Of a stretch of 64,000 bases of DNA, positions 18,167-25,935 are shown piece by piece. Below the pieces are notes generated by a model that was not told where the DNA came from, did not search any database, and saw only the letters and a list, made by a program, of their open reading frames with translations. The position numbers and the translations under genes were made by a program. Source of the DNA: Candidatus Nitrospinota bacterium M3_3B_026 (GTDB lineage: Bacteria > Nitrospinota_A > UBA7883 > JBPRGF01); the NCBI GenBank assembly GCA_051418015.1, contig JBPRGF010000029.1, positions 96,001 through 160,000 of the forward strand, written 5' to 3'. Within the stretch, counting starts at the first letter, position 1, and the number at the start of each line of letters is the position of its first letter.

Positions 18167-19497
18167 CGCCTTATCTCCACGTAATCCGCCGCCACGGTCC
18201 CCACCTCGCCGCTGATCGAGGCGTGATACGCCGCGCCGAGCCTGCCTTCGGGTATCCGGGCGATTTTTTGGCCTTTTTGAACCTTGTCCCCCTCCGCCAC
18301 GACAGGCTCGGCCGGGGCGCCGATATGGGTGTCCAGCCGGATGCGGACGAATGGCGTCTCCAACACCCCCTCCCGGAAAGGCGGGCGGATGTCGTACTCT
18401 GAAAGCCCAAGCCGCGTGACCAGGCGTTCCGAGGGGATGCCCCGAAATTTTCTGTGGGGGTCGGCCTCAAGCCCGGAGCTGTTGTGCGGATTCTTCATCC
18501 CCGCTTCGCCCAGCCTGCGCTTGAACTCCCGGAAGATGACGCGGGGCGAAAGCGACATCGGGCAGGCCCAGAGGTCGCACGCGCCGCATTCGCAGCACAG
18601 CCACGCGGAGGTTATCGTGTCCGTGTCCAGGTCGCGGTCGTAGTTGATGACGCGCATGATCTTGTGCGGCTCGATGGCGTGCCCCTGCAGAAAACGGGGG
18701 CAGAAATCGGTGCAGTACCGGCAGACCTCGCAGGCGGCCTTGGAAAGGCGTATCTCCGTCGAGAGCGGCCGCCTGGCCCTGTATACGTAGCTGTGCCGCT
18801 TCGGCAACACAAAAATACCCCCCATGGTCTTCGTCGTCACCTCGCTCATGTCCTTGGTGATCCTGCCCATCATCGGGCCGTTGACGAGGATGACGTAGTC
18901 GTCGACCCTCGGCCCGAGCTTCGGGATGATTTCCGAGAAGGGCGTTCCCACGGGGACAGTGGCGAGGCATGGGTTGTCCACCGCGCCGCCGAGGGTGACG
19001 AGCCGCTCGGTGACGGGTCTGCCGTCCATGGCGTCCGCGAGATGAGCCAGCGTCCCGGCGTTCATGACCAGCGCCCCGGCCATCGGCGGGATGCCCCCCT
19101 CGGGGACGATCCGCCCGGTGGCTTCGTAGACCAAAAACTGCTCGTCGCCGGCCGGGTAGACGTTTTCGAGCTGGAGGATTTCAAGACCCTCGCCCGGCTC
19201 GATCCGCTCATTCATGGCAGCGATGGCTTTTTTGTATTTTTTCTTCACGCCGAGGACAGCGCGGACGGGCGCCTCGCGCCGCCTCTCGAAGTCGGCCTTG
19301 ACGGCCCTTAAGGCGGTGACGATCTCCCTGGCGCGTCTTTCCATGATCTCCTGGTCGCCATGCATCAGCGGCTCGCACTCGGCGCCGTTGACGATGACGG
19401 TGTCCACGGGGTTTTCGAGCTTGACGTGGGTGGGAAACCCCGCCCCGCCCGCGCCTATGATCCCCGCTTCCCGCGCCGCCTCGGCCAGCTGCGTCAT
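18163..19497 (-). CDS. pduS: PduS-like (RnfC-family) flavin / 2x[4Fe-4S] oxidoreductase
   Basis: GIIGAGGAGFPTHVK, NGAECEP, YPAGDE, SLBB domain, CEVCRYCTDFCP and CCECGACDLWACP, C-terminal HIGAPA..YHASISG. Confidence 0.88.
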   Translation of the reverse strand: MTQLAEAAREAGIIGAGGAGFPTHVKLENPVDTVIVNGAECEPLMHGDQEIMERRAREIVTALRAVKADFERRREAPVRAVLGVKKKYKKAIAAMNERIEPGEGLEILQLENVYPAGDEQFLVYEATGRIVPEGGIPPMAGALVMNAGTLAHLADAMDGRPVTERLVTLGGAVDNPCLATVPVGTPFSEIIPKLGPRVDDYVILVNGPMMGRITKDMSEVTTKTMGGIFVLPKRHSYVYRARRPLSTEIRLSKAACEVCRYCTDFCPRFLQGHAIEPHKIMRVINYDRDLDTDTITSAWLCCECGACDLWACPMSLSPRVIFREFKRRLGEAGMKNPHNSSGLEADPHRKFRGIPSERLVTRLGLSEYDIRPPFREGVLETPFVRIRLDTHIGAPAEPVVAEGDKVQKGQKIARIPEGRLGAAYHASISGEVGTVAADYVEIRR

Positions 19498-19518
19498 CTC
19501 AAAACACCTCCATTCAAA

Positions 19519-19605
19519 CCCTCCCCCTGGACGGGGGAGGATTAAGGTGGGGGTGTGTAAAATTAATACCCCCTCCCCCTTGTCCCCTCCCGCCAGGGGA
19601 GGGGC
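19519..19605. repeat. CCCCTCCC/GGGAGGGG compound palindrome
   Basis: cctccccctggacgggggagg-attaaggtgggggtg...ataccccctccccc...cccctcccgccaggggagggg. Confidence 0.85.
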
Positions 19606-19674
19606 GCCTTTTGGTTCTCTCGAATCTCCTGGTGTCTGCCTGCGTCATGCGTTTCCGGGAAATAGCCTCCGGGC

Positions 19675-21135
19675 TCAGATGATCCTGAATCTGTCTTTGA
19701 GCGCGCAGCGCCGCTCGCGGGTGAAATCTATCGCTGTCGTCAGCCCCTCCCCCGTGGGCGAGGCGATGGTGAACGAGGTGTACCCCTCGCCGCCGGCGCC
19801 GAGCCCCGCGATGGAAGGGCCGTTCTTCACGAAGATGGAGGTGTTCACCACCCGCGCCATCTTCGAGAGGTTGTCCACGTTCGTCGAGTGCATCACCGAC
19901 GTGTGGAAAAATCCGTGTTCCACCTTCAGGGCAAGATCTATCGCCTCGTCCACGTCTTTGACGCGCACCAGCGGGATGACAGGCATGAGCTGCTCCATGA
20001 CGACGATGGGATGATCCTTCGGCGCCTCGAAGAAGAGCAGCCGGATATCCTCCCCCGCCTCCTCACAGCCGATGGCCCGCAGGATGCGCCAGGCGTCCTT
20101 GCCCACCCATTCCTTGTTGATCTCGCCGTGGTCGCCCGGCCCTTCCGGGGGGCGTTTTATGACGAGTTTTTCGGCCTTGCGGACCTGCGCCGGGGAAAGC
20201 TCGTACGCGCCGTGTTTTTTCATCTCCGCCTTCAGCGCGTCGGCCACGGAAGCGACGCAGATGATCTCCTTCTCCACCACGCAGACGATGTTGTTGTCGA
20301 ACGACGCGCCGTCGACTATGTGGCGGGCCGCCTCCGGTATGTTCGCCGTCTCGTCGACGACCGCCGGCGGGTTGCCCGGCCCGGCGGCTATGACCTTTTT
20401 GCCCGACCCCATCGCCGCCTTGACGACGCCAGGCCCGCCTGTGACGACGAGCAGCCGGATATCGGGATGGGCCATAAGCTCCTGCGCGCTCTGGATGGTG
20501 GGCGTTCTCGGCGCGGCCAGCAGGCAGGCGGGGCCACCGGCGGCGTGGATCGCCTCGTTGAGCAGGCTGATGACGCGGGCGGTGACGTTTTTGGCCGTGG
20601 GATGGGCGTTGAAGACCACCGCGTTGCCGCCCGCGATCATCCCGATGGCGTTGGATATCACCGTCGCCACCGGGTTCGTGCAGGGGGTGATGGAGCCGAT
20701 GACGCCGTAGGGCGCCCGCTCCTCGATGGTTATCCCGTCGTCGCCGGTGAAGGCCAGCGGCTTCAGAATCTCCGTCCCCGGCGTCTTGTCGATGGCGAGC
20801 CGGTTCTTGAGGATTTTTGTCTCAACACGGCCAAGGCGCGTCTCGGCGGCGGCTTCCCGGGCGAGGTTTTCAGCCTCCACCCTCGCCCGCTGGCGCATGG
20901 CCTCGATCAGTTTCTTGCGGCCTTCGAGGGGCATCCCGTCCAGCGTCCTGAAGGCGGCCTTCGCCGCCGCCACGGCATCGGCCACCGTGTCGAAAAGCCC
21001 TAGCCCCGAGGCGCCGCCCTCCGAAGGTGTAGCGGCCCCGGCCGGAGCGGGCGGCGAATCCGCGCCCTCCCGCGCCTCCAGCCTCTCAACGACGCGGTTT
21101 ACAATGTCGGCTATCTGGTCCTGTTCGATCTTCAT
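19675..21135 (-). CDS. CoA-acylating aldehyde dehydrogenase (EutE/PduP family) with N-terminal encapsulation peptide
   Basis: Start MKIEQDQIADIVNRVVERL; PYGVIGSITPCTNP, VTGGPGVV, AGPGNPP, FDNNIVC (catalytic Cys), EQLMP, TSFTIASPTGEG. Confidence 0.93.
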   Translation of the reverse strand: MKIEQDQIADIVNRVVERLEAREGADSPPAPAGAATPSEGGASGLGLFDTVADAVAAAKAAFRTLDGMPLEGRKKLIEAMRQRARVEAENLAREAAAETRLGRVETKILKNRLAIDKTPGTEILKPLAFTGDDGITIEERAPYGVIGSITPCTNPVATVISNAIGMIAGGNAVVFNAHPTAKNVTARVISLLNEAIHAAGGPACLLAAPRTPTIQSAQELMAHPDIRLLVVTGGPGVVKAAMGSGKKVIAAGPGNPPAVVDETANIPEAARHIVDGASFDNNIVCVVEKEIICVASVADALKAEMKKHGAYELSPAQVRKAEKLVIKRPPEGPGDHGEINKEWVGKDAWRILRAIGCEEAGEDIRLLFFEAPKDHPIVVMEQLMPVIPLVRVKDVDEAIDLALKVEHGFFHTSVMHSTNVDNLSKMARVVNTSIFVKNGPSIAGLGAGGEGYTSFTIASPTGEGLTTAIDFTRERRCALKDRFRII

Positions 21136-21180
21136 CGCCTCTCGTCCATTCTCCCTTTTAAGGGCGGCTTCCGTCCTTAT

Positions 21181-21265
21181 CCTCCCCCTCAACGGGGGAG
21201 GATAAGGTGGGGGTGATATTTATTTATACCCCCTCCCCTCAATCCCCTCCCTCCAGGGGAGGGGG
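21181..21265. repeat. CCCCTCCC/GGGAGGGG compound palindrome
   Basis: Near-identical direct copy of 19519-19605. Confidence 0.85.
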
Positions 21266-21290
21266 TAGCCAATGTCCCCCGCTCTCAGCC

Positions 21291-21605
21291 TCACACATCC
21301 ACCGCCGGGGCGGGCTCTACCTTGGTGTAGGCCGTCTCCCCCTCCACGTCCCAGGTGTCGACGATCCCCATGATGATCGCGTCTACGGGGCGGTTGAGGG
21401 TGATATCGCTCTGCCGCGCCGCCGAGCCGGTGGCGTAGAGGACAACCTCCCCCACCCCCGCGCCCACGGCGTCGGCGCAGACGTGGTAGCCGTTTGAGAA
21501 CTCCCCGCGGTGGTCGACGTTTTTCACCAGCAGCAGCTTCAGCCCCACGATGCTTTCGGTTTTCTTCGTGGAGACCACCGTCCCCACGACCTTGCCGAAA
21601 AGCAT
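21291..21605 (-). CDS. BMC vertex pentamer (BMC-P, EutN/CcmL family)
   Basis: [15 protein letters not shown]...[18 protein letters not shown]...[11 protein letters not shown]. Confidence 0.95.
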   Translation of the reverse strand: MLFGKVVGTVVSTKKTESIVGLKLLLVKNVDHRGEFSNGYHVCADAVGAGVGEVVLYATGSAARQSDITLNRPVDAIIMGIVDTWDVEGETAYTKVEPAPAVDV

Positions 21606-21904
21606 CAGCCCTGCTCCGCCGCCGCCGGCTTGCGCCCGAGGGGCAGGGCCAGGTCGATGTTGCTGTGCGGGCGCGGAATGACATGGACGGAGACAAGCTC
21701 GCCGACCTTTTCGGCCGCGCGCGACCCCGCGTCGGTCGCCGCCTTCACCGCCGCCACGTCGCCTCGCACAACGGCTGTCACGTAGCCGCCGCCGATCTTT
21801 TCGTAGCCGACGAGCTCCACCCTCGCGGCCTTCACCATCGCGTCGGAGGCCTCCACCATTCCGACGAAACCCCTCGTCTCGATCAATCCCAATGCGTCAA
21901 TCAT
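21605..21904 (-). CDS. BMC hexamer shell protein (BMC-H)
   Basis: ALGLIETRG...DAMVKAA...KIGGGY...[10 protein letters not shown]...HVIPRPH. Confidence 0.97.
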   Translation of the reverse strand: MIDALGLIETRGFVGMVEASDAMVKAARVELVGYEKIGGGYVTAVVRGDVAAVKAATDAGSRAAEKVGELVSVHVIPRPHSNIDLALPLGRKPAAAEQG

Positions 21905-21934
21905 TTTTCCTTGTCTCCCTGCGAGTTGTGTTGT

Positions 21935-22567
21935 CTATTTCTTTTTCTTCTGAAGCTCCTGCCCCGAAAGGCTCTCCACGGCGGTCACCGCCGCCTCGGA
22001 GGCGGAGTCTATCTCCGACTCGGACCCGGACATGTAAAGCCTGCCGAAGGCGCCGAAAGGCCGCACCTCCACAAGCCGCACATCGGCGGCCTTTTCGGCC
22101 TCGTTGGCGGCGTAGATGGCGTAGCCGGCTGGCTCGGTCTCCAGTATGAACAGCGACTCCCCCGGCAATATCATCGAGCCGCTCCTGTTGCGGTTGATGA
22201 GCTGGCACTGGTAGGCCTCCATGCTCCTTATGATCTGGTTGGATACGATGTTCGGCTTGATCCTCTCCGACTCCTCAAGCCCCAGGAAATCCAGGATCGC
22301 CGACCCCGCGCTCAGCACCTCGCCCTTGTCGTGCTCGTGCACCTCCAGCAGGCCGAAGGCCCGCTCCACGATCTGCACCGCGGGCTGGCAGGTGGTCGCC
22401 TTCAGCGCCACGTCGGTCACCCTGTTAATGGCCAGCCCCGGCGCTATCTCCACGAAAAGCGACGCCACCCCCGGCACCGGCAGGAAGCCGCGCGCCGTCG
22501 AGCCTATGAAGGAGGCGAGCTGGGCCTGGAGACTGTCCAGGAATACATAAGTTCTGAGTGTAATCAT
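21935..22567 (-). CDS. Permuted tandem BMC shell protein (BMC-T dp, CcmP/CsoS1D-like)
   Basis: [59 protein letters not shown]. Confidence 0.93.
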   Translation of the reverse strand: MITLRTYVFLDSLQAQLASFIGSTARGFLPVPGVASLFVEIAPGLAINRVTDVALKATTCQPAVQIVERAFGLLEVHEHDKGEVLSAGSAILDFLGLEESERIKPNIVSNQIIRSMEAYQCQLINRNRSGSMILPGESLFILETEPAGYAIYAANEAEKAADVRLVEVRPFGAFGRLYMSGSESEIDSASEAAVTAVESLSGQELQKKKK

Positions 22568-22629
22568 CCGCTTCCGCCCTCTTTGTTGTTCTCAGTTCTG
22601 AGCCTTTTCCTCCGCCCTTCGCCCGACAA

Positions 22630-22710
22630 TGTCATGCTGAACGAAGTGAAGCATCCCGTCCGCCCTTGCCATGCCCCGGCGGTATTCCTCGGCTTCGCCC
22701 CGGAATGACG
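22630..22710. repeat. TGTCATnCTGA-family palindromic repeat
   Basis: tgtcatgctgaacgaagtgaagcatcc...ggaatgac. Confidence 0.7.
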
Positions 22711-22723
22711 TTGCGGGCCACGG

Positions 22724-23659
22724 CTAATACTGTTTTGACGTTATGACGTTCTCTATCTTCCTCGCGCTCGCGAGCGCCATCTTCCTGTCCTTCAGCCCCA
22801 CGGCCACGTAAAGAAGGTCGATGATGCTCGACTGCGCGATCCGCGAGGCCAGCGCCTCGGTCCTGAACTTCATCTCCTTGCTGGCCGTGATAAGGGTGAC
22901 GTCAGTGGCCTTCGCCAACGGCGACATGTGGTTGCTGGTCACGGCCACCGTCCGCGCCCCGGCGCGTTTGCCCGTCTCCACGGCCTCCACGGGGTCCTTG
23001 GTGGCGCCGGAGTGGCTTATGGCCAGGATCACGTCCCTTTTCGAAAGGAGCGCCGCCTCCATCATCATCAGGTGCGCGTCCGTCTGGGCGGAAACCAGAA
23101 GGCCCAGACGCATCAGCTTGACGTATGCGTCAAAGGCGATCGGCGCGGAGGTGCCGACGCCGATGACCAGCGTCCTCCCGGCTCCGGCGACAAGACCCGC
23201 GGCGCGCTCCACGGCGGCCGGGTCGAGGGCGTTAAGGGTGTCCCGCAAAGTGTCGATGTTCGCCCCGAAAACTTTCCGGGCCAATGTCTCCGGGTCGTCC
23301 TTTTCAGATACGTCCTCGTGAAGAGTGGAGGCGAGAGGGGAGACGATCTCCCGCGCCAGGCCGATCTTCATGTCCGCGAACCCCAGGAAGCCGGCGGCGC
23401 GGCAGAACCGGACCACCGTCGCCTCGGAGACACGGGAGGCGGCGGCGACCTCCCCCACGGAGCTGGCCATCACATCCTCCGGGCTGGAAAGGACGTACTC
23501 GGCCACCTTGCGCTCGGCGGGCAGAAGGGACGGGACGGCTCCCCTGATCCTGACCGTCGCCCCGGCCCCGCCCGCCCGGCTCACGGCGCCCCGGGCCCGC
23601 AAAACCCGCCCGCGCCCCGCAATGCCGCCGCCCTTCGCGGCCGCTCTTTTCGATCTCAT
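22724..23659 (-). CDS. RpiR/MurR-family transcriptional regulator (HTH + SIS sugar-phosphate domain)
   Basis: AERKVAEY, VSEATVVRFC..GF.GF.D.K HTH; GVGTS, ISHSG, SPLA SIS motifs. Confidence 0.93.
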   Translation of the reverse strand: MRSKRAAAKGGGIAGRGRVLRARGAVSRAGGAGATVRIRGAVPSLLPAERKVAEYVLSSPEDVMASSVGEVAAASRVSEATVVRFCRAAGFLGFADMKIGLAREIVSPLASTLHEDVSEKDDPETLARKVFGANIDTLRDTLNALDPAAVERAAGLVAGAGRTLVIGVGTSAPIAFDAYVKLMRLGLLVSAQTDAHLMMMEAALLSKRDVILAISHSGATKDPVEAVETGKRAGARTVAVTSNHMSPLAKATDVTLITASKEMKFRTEALASRIAQSSIIDLLYVAVGLKDRKMALASARKIENVITSKQY

Positions 23660-23665
23660 GGCGGC

Positions 23666-23737
23666 AGAATACCGCGGAGGGGAGGAGCCTGTCAAGTTAA
23701 ATTACATGATACTCCGTATTTATGTAGTAAATTTTCA
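23666..23737 (-). promoter_or_regulatory. sigma70 promoter of the rpiR/BMC operon with two candidate RpiR/HexR-type operators
   Basis: Minus strand TTGACA (23690-23695), N18, TATTCT (23666-23671); 15-mers TCAAGTTAAATTACA (23692-23706) and TGTAGTAAATTTTCA (23723-23737). Confidence 0.55.
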
Positions 23738-23847
23738 CCGGAAGGCGGCGGAGATGGGCGTCCTTCCGGCAGGAAGGGAAAATCCCCGCGGGCGCCGTAA
23801 ATCCTCGCCGCCCTGGGTTGTGAGATGCTTTTGCCGGAGCCTGCTCT

Positions 23848-24027
23848 GGGATCCTTCGCCTTCGGCTCAGGATGACAAAGAGGGGCGGCTTGGGATGACA
23901 ACGGAGGGGCGCCTCGGGATGATGACGTCCCTTTGCCATGTCATGTTGAACCTGGTGAAGGGTCTCAAACCGCGAAGCGCAAGACCTTGAAACAAGTTCA
24001 GGGCTCCTCAACCCGCCCAGGATGACA
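23848..24027. repeat. Cluster of TGTCATnCTGA-family repeat arms
   Basis: gatccttcgccttcggctcaggatgaca, gggatgaca, tgtcatgttgaac...caggatgaca. Confidence 0.7.
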
Positions 24028-24100
24028 CCTCGAGGACCACGCGGCAACGCGGGGCGCGCGGGGGCTGAGACGGCGGGCTGGTGTGTGCGATAATCAGGGC

Positions 24101-24805
24101 ATGAACGCTCAAGAGACCAGGGCCGCGGCGGTCCAGAGGATGTTCTCGGCGATCGCCCCGCGGTACGACCTGTTGAACCATCTTCTCTCCCTGGGGATGG
24201 ACATCCGCTGGCGGCGGCGCGCGGCGGCCCTTTTCGGGGACCTTTCCGGCAGGCTTGTCCTGGACGTGGCCTGCGGCACGGGCGACCTTTCCATAACCCT
24301 GGCCGGCAGGGGCGCGAACGTTGTGGGGGCGGATTTTTCGGAGCGGATGCTCCGGCTCGGGCGGGAGAAGGTGAAACGGAAAAAACTCGATGGCCGCGTA
24401 GCGCTCGAGCGGGCGGACGCCCTGGGCTTGCCTTACGGCGACGGCTCTTTCGACGGCGTGACGTGCGCCTTCGGCGTCCGCAACTTCGCCGACCTTGAAA
24501 AGGGCCTTTCGGAGATGGCGCGTGTTTTGAAAAAGGGGGGGAGGCTTGTGATCCTGGAGTTCACGACCCCGGAAAATCCCGTCATGGCCGCGGTCTACAG
24601 GCTCTATTTCACGAAGATACTGCCCCTTGTCGGCGGCGTCGTCTCGGGTGAGCGGTCCGCCTACGAGTATTTGCCGGACTCCGTGTATAAATTCCCGGAG
24701 CCCGCGCGGCTTTCGGAGCTGGTCGAGGCCGCGGGGTTCGGCGATGTGAAGTTCATCCCCTTCACGTTCGGGATATGCGGTGTCCACACGGGGGTGAGGC
24801 GGTGA
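24101..24805 (+). CDS. ubiE: Quinone biosynthesis C-methyltransferase UbiE/MenG
   Basis: VQRMFSAIAPRYDLLNHLLSLG, LDVACGTGD, FGVRN, YEYLPDS. Confidence 0.93.
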   Translation: MNAQETRAAAVQRMFSAIAPRYDLLNHLLSLGMDIRWRRRAAALFGDLSGRLVLDVACGTGDLSITLAGRGANVVGADFSERMLRLGREKVKRKKLDGRVALERADALGLPYGDGSFDGVTCAFGVRNFADLEKGLSEMARVLKKGGRLVILEFTTPENPVMAAVYRLYFTKILPLVGGVVSGERSAYEYLPDSVYKFPEPARLSELVEAAGFGDVKFIPFTFGICGVHTGVRR

Positions 24806-25881
24806 AAGAGAGCGCGAAGGCGGCCCTCTTTGGGGCGCTGGCCGGCGTTTTGCTTCTGGCGGCGTTGAGGCTGGCTGGCGGCGGCTCCGGGCCCCGGGCG
24901 GAGGGTTTTTTCGAGGATGTGGCGGCGTCGTCCCGCCGGTCCGTGGCGGTGGTGCTGTCGCTCCGGAAGGCCGGCGGCGCGCCCTCCGGCGGCGAGGCCG
25001 GGTTCTGGGAAGGCGCCCTTAAAACCCTGGAGGAGACGCTGTGGGTTACCTATGAAGTCGGGGCCGCGGGCGCCGGCGTGGCGCTGGACCGGCGCGGGCA
25101 TATCATCACCAACTACCATGTCATAAAAGACGCCGACAGGGTGATTGCGCGGGTGGCCGGATCGGATAAGGATTACGAGGCGGAGGTCGTGGGGTACGAT
25201 CCGATGACAGACCTTGCCCTTCTCAAAGTCTTCGGCGGCCCCGGCCTCGTCCCCCTGGAGCTTGCTCCGGCGGAGTCGCTTCGCCAGGGTCTTTTCGTCG
25301 CCGCCATCGGCAACCCCTACAACCTCGAGAACAGCGTCACCGTGGGGGTGGTCAGCGCCACGGGGCGGTCGGACCTTGGCATCCTGGACATCGAGGATTT
25401 CATACAGACCGACGCCAGCATATTCCCCGGGAGCAGCGGCGGGCCGCTCGTGGACCGTGAGGGCCGGATGGTCGGCCTGAACACCGCCGTCCTGGGCCAG
25501 GGCCTGGGGATAGGGTTCGCCATCCCTTCCGGGGTGGTGAAAAGAATCGCCGAGGAGCTGATCCGGGAGGGGAGGGTGGCCCGGGGCAGGATAGGGGTCC
25601 GTGTCCAGCCGCTCACCGAGCAGATAGCCGAATCGCTGCGTGTCGCGCCCTTGTCCGGGGCGCTGGTTGCGCAGGTGGAGCCCGGCTCCCCCGCGCAGAG
25701 GGCGAACGTGGCGAGGGGCGACGTCATTGTCGCCTTCGGCGGCGAGCAGGTGAAAAGCCCCCGCGCCCTCCGGAGCCTGGCCCTTCGGAGCAGGCCCGGC
25801 GAGGTGAAAAAGCTCGACATAATCCGGGACGGGCGAAAGCTCACGCTCAGCGTCACCATGGGCGCTTTGGAGGATGTGTGA
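24802..25881 (+). CDS. HtrA/DegS-like serine protease with one PDZ domain
   Basis: GTG overlaps the ubiE stop; N-terminal TM; TNYHV, TDLA, IQTDASIFPGSSGGPL; C-terminal PDZ. Confidence 0.9.
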   Translation: MKESAKAALFGALAGVLLLAALRLAGGGSGPRAEGFFEDVAASSRRSVAVVLSLRKAGGAPSGGEAGFWEGALKTLEETLWVTYEVGAAGAGVALDRRGHIITNYHVIKDADRVIARVAGSDKDYEAEVVGYDPMTDLALLKVFGGPGLVPLELAPAESLRQGLFVAAIGNPYNLENSVTVGVVSATGRSDLGILDIEDFIQTDASIFPGSSGGPLVDREGRMVGLNTAVLGQGLGIGFAIPSGVVKRIAEELIREGRVARGRIGVRVQPLTEQIAESLRVAPLSGALVAQVEPGSPAQRANVARGDVIVAFGGEQVKSPRALRSLALRSRPGEVKKLDIIRDGRKLTLSVTMGALEDV

Positions 25882-25935
25882 GTTGCGGGGGCCGGGTATT
25901 CGCCTTGTCCTGTTCCGGCGGGGAGCGTTGACGCC

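Noticed and set aside
18163..19497. RnfC of an Rnf complex
   Set aside because: No other rnf genes; domain order and adjacency to a PduT-like gene indicate PduS-like
16045..22567. Carboxysome, Eut or Pdu assignment
   Set aside because: No RuBisCO, carbonic anhydrase, ethanolamine ammonia-lyase, diol dehydratase or glycyl-radical enzyme in the locus
23848..24027. Clustered short repeats as a possible CRISPR array
   Set aside because: Irregular spacing, degenerate and inverted units, no cas genes; they belong to the REP-like family
25405..25450. HtrA active-site variant IFPGSSGG as a pseudo-enzyme
   Set aside because: Catalytic His, Asp and Ser positions all appear retained
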